From: an uncultured Candidatus Binatia bacterium
GTDB lineage: Bacteria > Desulfobacterota > Binatia > UBA9968 > JAJDTQ01
Direction: 5' to 3'
DNA length: 64,000 nucleotides
Assembly (NCBI GenBank): GCA_964291295.2
Contig: OZ219754.1
Coordinates: 3,232,001-3,296,000, forward strand
Shown here: one piece after another, positions 61,357 through 64,000 of the stretch
Numbering within the stretch: position 1 is the first letter of the stretch
How the letters are laid out: each line of letters starts with the position of its first letter
Made by a program: the position numbers and the translations under genes
Notes under the pieces: generated by a model
The model's database searches: none
What the model was told of the DNA's origin: nothing
What the model saw: the letters and a program-made list of their open reading frames with translations, nothing else

Positions 61357-62316
61357 ACGGCAAACTTCGATGACAAGGTCGCCGCCAGCGGTCGGACCTT
61401 GAACAAGCAGAAACTGCAGGTGCTCCAGATCAACTTGGGGAAATACTGCAACCAGTCCTGCTTTCACTGCCACGTGGAGGCCGGCCCGGGCCGCAAGGAG
61501 ATGATGGATCGGACCACCGTGGAACACGTGTTGCGGTTCCTGGAGAATTCCGACATCCCCACCGTGGATATCACCGGCGGCGCCCCGGAACTGAATCCCC
61601 ACTTCGACCATCTGGTGGAGTCCTGTCGGGCGCTCGGACGCCACGTGATGGACCGTTGCAACCTGACGGTCTTCTACGAGGAGGGCAAGGAGTACCTGCC
61701 GGAGTTCTTCAGACGCCACCGGGTCGAGGTGATCTGCTCGCTCCCCTGCTACACCAGGGAAAACGTGGACGGCCAGCGCGGCGACGGCACCTTCGAACTC
61801 AGCGTGAGCGGACTGCAGGCGCTCAACCGCCTGGGCTATGGCCAGACCGATTCGGGCCTGGAACTCAACCTGGTCTACAACCCCATGGGCGACTACCTGC
61901 CGCCGCCGCAGGAACAGTTGGAGAGCGACTATCGCCGCATGCTCGCCGACGACTTCGGCATTGTCTTCAACCACCTCTACTGCCTGACCAACATGCCCAT
62001 CACCCGCTTCCGGAAGTTCCTCAAGCGAGCGGGACACTACGACGCCTACCTGAAGCTGCTGGAGGACAACTTCAACGGCGAGACGCTGGACAAGGTCATG
62101 TGCCGCGATCTGCTGAGCGTGGCATGGGACGGCACGGTGTACGACTGCGACTTCAACCAGATGCTCGACATGCCCCTGGGCCGGGTGAACGGGAAAAAGC
62201 CGCACATCCGGGAGTTCTCCGCGGCCGACTTCGAGGCCAAGCCCATCCTGACAGGGAACCATTGCTTCGCCTGCACGGCCGGCACGGGCAGCAGTTGCGG
62301 CGGCTCATTGATCTGA
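61357..62316 (+). CDS. arsS: Radical SAM protein of the ArsS (arsenosugar biosynthesis, DUF3641) family; start codon uncertain
   Basis: LQINLGKYCNQSCFHCH, DITGGAPE, SLPCY, YDCDFNQM, HCFACTAGTGSSCGG. Confidence 0.88.
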   Translation, partial: TANFDDKVAASGRTLNKQKLQVLQINLGKYCNQSCFHCHVEAGPGRKEMMDRTTVEHVLRFLENSDIPTVDITGGAPELNPHFDHLVESCRALGRHVMDRCNLTVFYEEGKEYLPEFFRRHRVEVICSLPCYTRENVDGQRGDGTFELSVSGLQALNRLGYGQTDSGLELNLVYNPMGDYLPPPQEQLESDYRRMLADDFGIVFNHLYCLTNMPITRFRKFLKRAGHYDAYLKLLEDNFNGETLDKVMCRDLLSVAWDGTVYDCDFNQMLDMPLGRVNGKKPHIREFSAADFEAKPILTGNHCFACTAGTGSSCGGSLI

Positions 62317-62343
62317 CCGACGGGTCGCCCGGACGACCCGTCC

Positions 62344-63021
62344 ATGCGACTTTCCATCATCATTCCCGTCCTCGACGAGGAACGCACCATCGGCGGCACC
62401 CTCAAGGCACTGGAACGCATCGAACCTGATGAAATCCTGGTCGTGGACGGCGGCAGCACGGACCGCACGGCGGACGTCGTGCGCGCCGGGCCGGCACGGC
62501 TGGCCACCTCCCCCAGAGGGCGCGCCGCGCAGATGAACGAGGGAGCGCGCCAAGCCGCCGGCGACGTACTGCTGTTCCTTCACGCCGACACCCGCCTGCC
62601 CTCCACCACGAGAGCCGATCTGGAAGGCTGCATGGCCGACCCCGCCTGCGTGGGCGGCCGTTTCGACATCCGCCTGGACAGCGCCCGCCCGCTGCTCCGG
62701 GTCGTGAGCCGCATGATCAGCCTCCGTTCCCGCCTGACGCGGGTGTCCACGGGAGACCAGGCGATCTTCGTGCGGCGCACCGTCTTCGAACGCCTCGGCG
62801 GTTTCCCCGAAATCCCGCTCATGGAAGACATCGCGTTTTCCCGCGCACTCAAGCGGCAAGGCCGCATCGCCTGTCTGCGGTCACGGGTGGTGAGCTCCGC
62901 CCGGCGCTGGGAACGGAACGGCACGGTACGCACCATCCTGCTGATGTGGGCACTGAAACTCCTCTTCCTCTCCGGCGTCTCCCCTGCAAGGTTGAAACGG
63001 CTCTACGGCGAGGCCCGTTGA
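62344..63021 (+). CDS. GT2 glycosyltransferase, arsenosugar-associated (TIGR04283-like)
   Basis: IIPVLDE, VDGGSTD, GRAAQMN.G, FLHADT, TGDQAIF, LMED, SARRW. Confidence 0.9.
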   Translation: MRLSIIIPVLDEERTIGGTLKALERIEPDEILVVDGGSTDRTADVVRAGPARLATSPRGRAAQMNEGARQAAGDVLLFLHADTRLPSTTRADLEGCMADPACVGGRFDIRLDSARPLLRVVSRMISLRSRLTRVSTGDQAIFVRRTVFERLGGFPEIPLMEDIAFSRALKRQGRIACLRSRVVSSARRWERNGTVRTILLMWALKLLFLSGVSPARLKRLYGEAR

Positions 63022-63068
63022 CATGGAACAGCGGCGCATCCGGGAGCTGCGGTGAAGAGCCGTCAACT

Positions 63069-63098
63069 TTGACCGTGTTGTCGGCTTTGTGTTACGTT
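63069..63098 (+). promoter_or_regulatory. Possible sigma70 promoter with extended -10
   Basis: TTGACC (63069-63074), 18 bp, then TACGTT (63093-63098) preceded by TG. Confidence 0.4.
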
Positions 63099-63138
63099 GG
63101 CGTGCTTCAGCGAGCGGGGCGGCCCTCGCGAGACTTGC

Positions 63139-64000
63139 ATGGAATCAGGCAGACAACAGGACAGGCAACAGGAAATTCTGGCCAGGCACAAGGAATACCT
63201 GTTCTCCTGTGTCGCCAACTACTATGAAGAGCCCCTGGTGGTGGATCGGGCCAAGGACTCCCTGGTCTACGACGTGGAGGGACGGGAGTATCTGGATTTC
63301 TTCGGCGGCATCGTCACCATCAGCGTCGGCCACTGCAACGACAAGGTGGTGGCCGCCATCGAGGAGCAGGTCCGCAAGGTCCAGCACACGTCGACGCTCT
63401 ATCCCAACGAACCGCAGGTGCGGCTGGCGGAGAAGCTTGCCGCCATCACACCCGGGGCGCTCCGGCAGTCCTTCTTCACCAACAGCGGCACCGAGGCCAA
63501 CGAGACGGCGGTGCTGGCGGCGCAGCTCCACACCCGGGCCCAGGACGTCATCGCCCTGCGCCACGGCTACAGCGGCCGCTCGCAACTGGCCATGAGCCTC
63601 ACCGGACACTACACATGGCGGCTCAATCCCGCCGCGAGCCCCAACATCCACCACATCCCCAACGCCTACTGCTACCGCTGCCCGTTCGGGCTCACCTACC
63701 CCGGCTGCGACCTCCGGTGCGCCAAGGACCTGGAAGACGCCATCCGGACCGCCACCTCGGGAAAGATCGCCGCGTTCATCGCCGAACCGATCCAGGGTGT
63801 CGGCGGATTCATCACGCCGCCCAAGGAGTATTTCAAGGAGGTTTCCGACATCGTGCACCGCTACGGCGGCCTGTTCATATGCGACGAGGTCCAGACCGGA
63901 TGGGGCCGAACCGGCGGCAAGATGTTCGGCATCGAGCAGTGGGACGTGGAACCCGATATCATGACCTTCGCCAAGGGCATGGCCAACGGCGTTCCGGTGG
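63139..64000 (+). CDS. Class III PLP aminotransferase (AGXT2/GabT-like); 3' end outside window
   Basis: Manual translation, not in ORF track: YLDFFGGI..SVGH, FTNSGTEANE, AEPIQGVGG, DEVQTGWGRTG, TFAKG. Confidence 0.93.
   Translation, partial: MESGRQQDRQQEILARHKEYLFSCVANYYEEPLVVDRAKDSLVYDVEGREYLDFFGGIVTISVGHCNDKVVAAIEEQVRKVQHTSTLYPNEPQVRLAEKLAAITPGALRQSFFTNSGTEANETAVLAAQLHTRAQDVIALRHGYSGRSQLAMSLTGHYTWRLNPAASPNIHHIPNAYCYRCPFGLTYPGCDLRCAKDLEDAIRTATSGKIAAFIAEPIQGVGGFITPPKEYFKEVSDIVHRYGGLFICDEVQTGWGRTGGKMFGIEQWDVEPDIMTFAKGMANGVPV

Noticed and set aside
62270-62340. Selenocysteine recoding in ArsS
   Set aside because: The relevant codon is TGC; the only TGA is the terminal stop after GGSLI.

Overview
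High-GC bacterial chromosomal window. Gene content and order (class-V aminotransferase-serA-purA, many amidohydrolases, a TctABC transporter, AAA+/DUF4143 and AAA/PD-(D/E)xK genes) resemble a Deltaproteobacteria/Binatia-type organism; this is an inference. About 55 CDSs are supported. Two real genes are missing from the ORF track because they run off the window edges: a CARF(DxTHG)-HEPN Csx1-type CRISPR ancillary RNase at <1..1251 (-) and a class-III aminotransferase at 63139..>64000 (+). I saw no rRNA, tRNA, CRISPR array or transposase. Highlights: (1) a co-directional cluster joining molybdo-hydroxylase chaperones (CoxD/CoxE, split XdhC) to an archaeal-type CTP-dependent riboflavin kinase, UbiX and two FMN split-barrel proteins, a candidate prenyl-FMN supply and maturation line; (2) a 927-bp-offset tandem duplicate of hydroxycinnamoyl-CoA hydratase/lyase whose few substitutions hit the residues equivalent to active-site M70 and Y75; (3) a GGT-fold protein with a rewritten gamma-glutamyl pocket; (4) a ParA gene frameshifted in a G7 run inside Walker A, coupled to an unknown partner; (5) recurrent short tandem duplications in gene leaders. 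All calls come from manual motif reading; no database searches were run.
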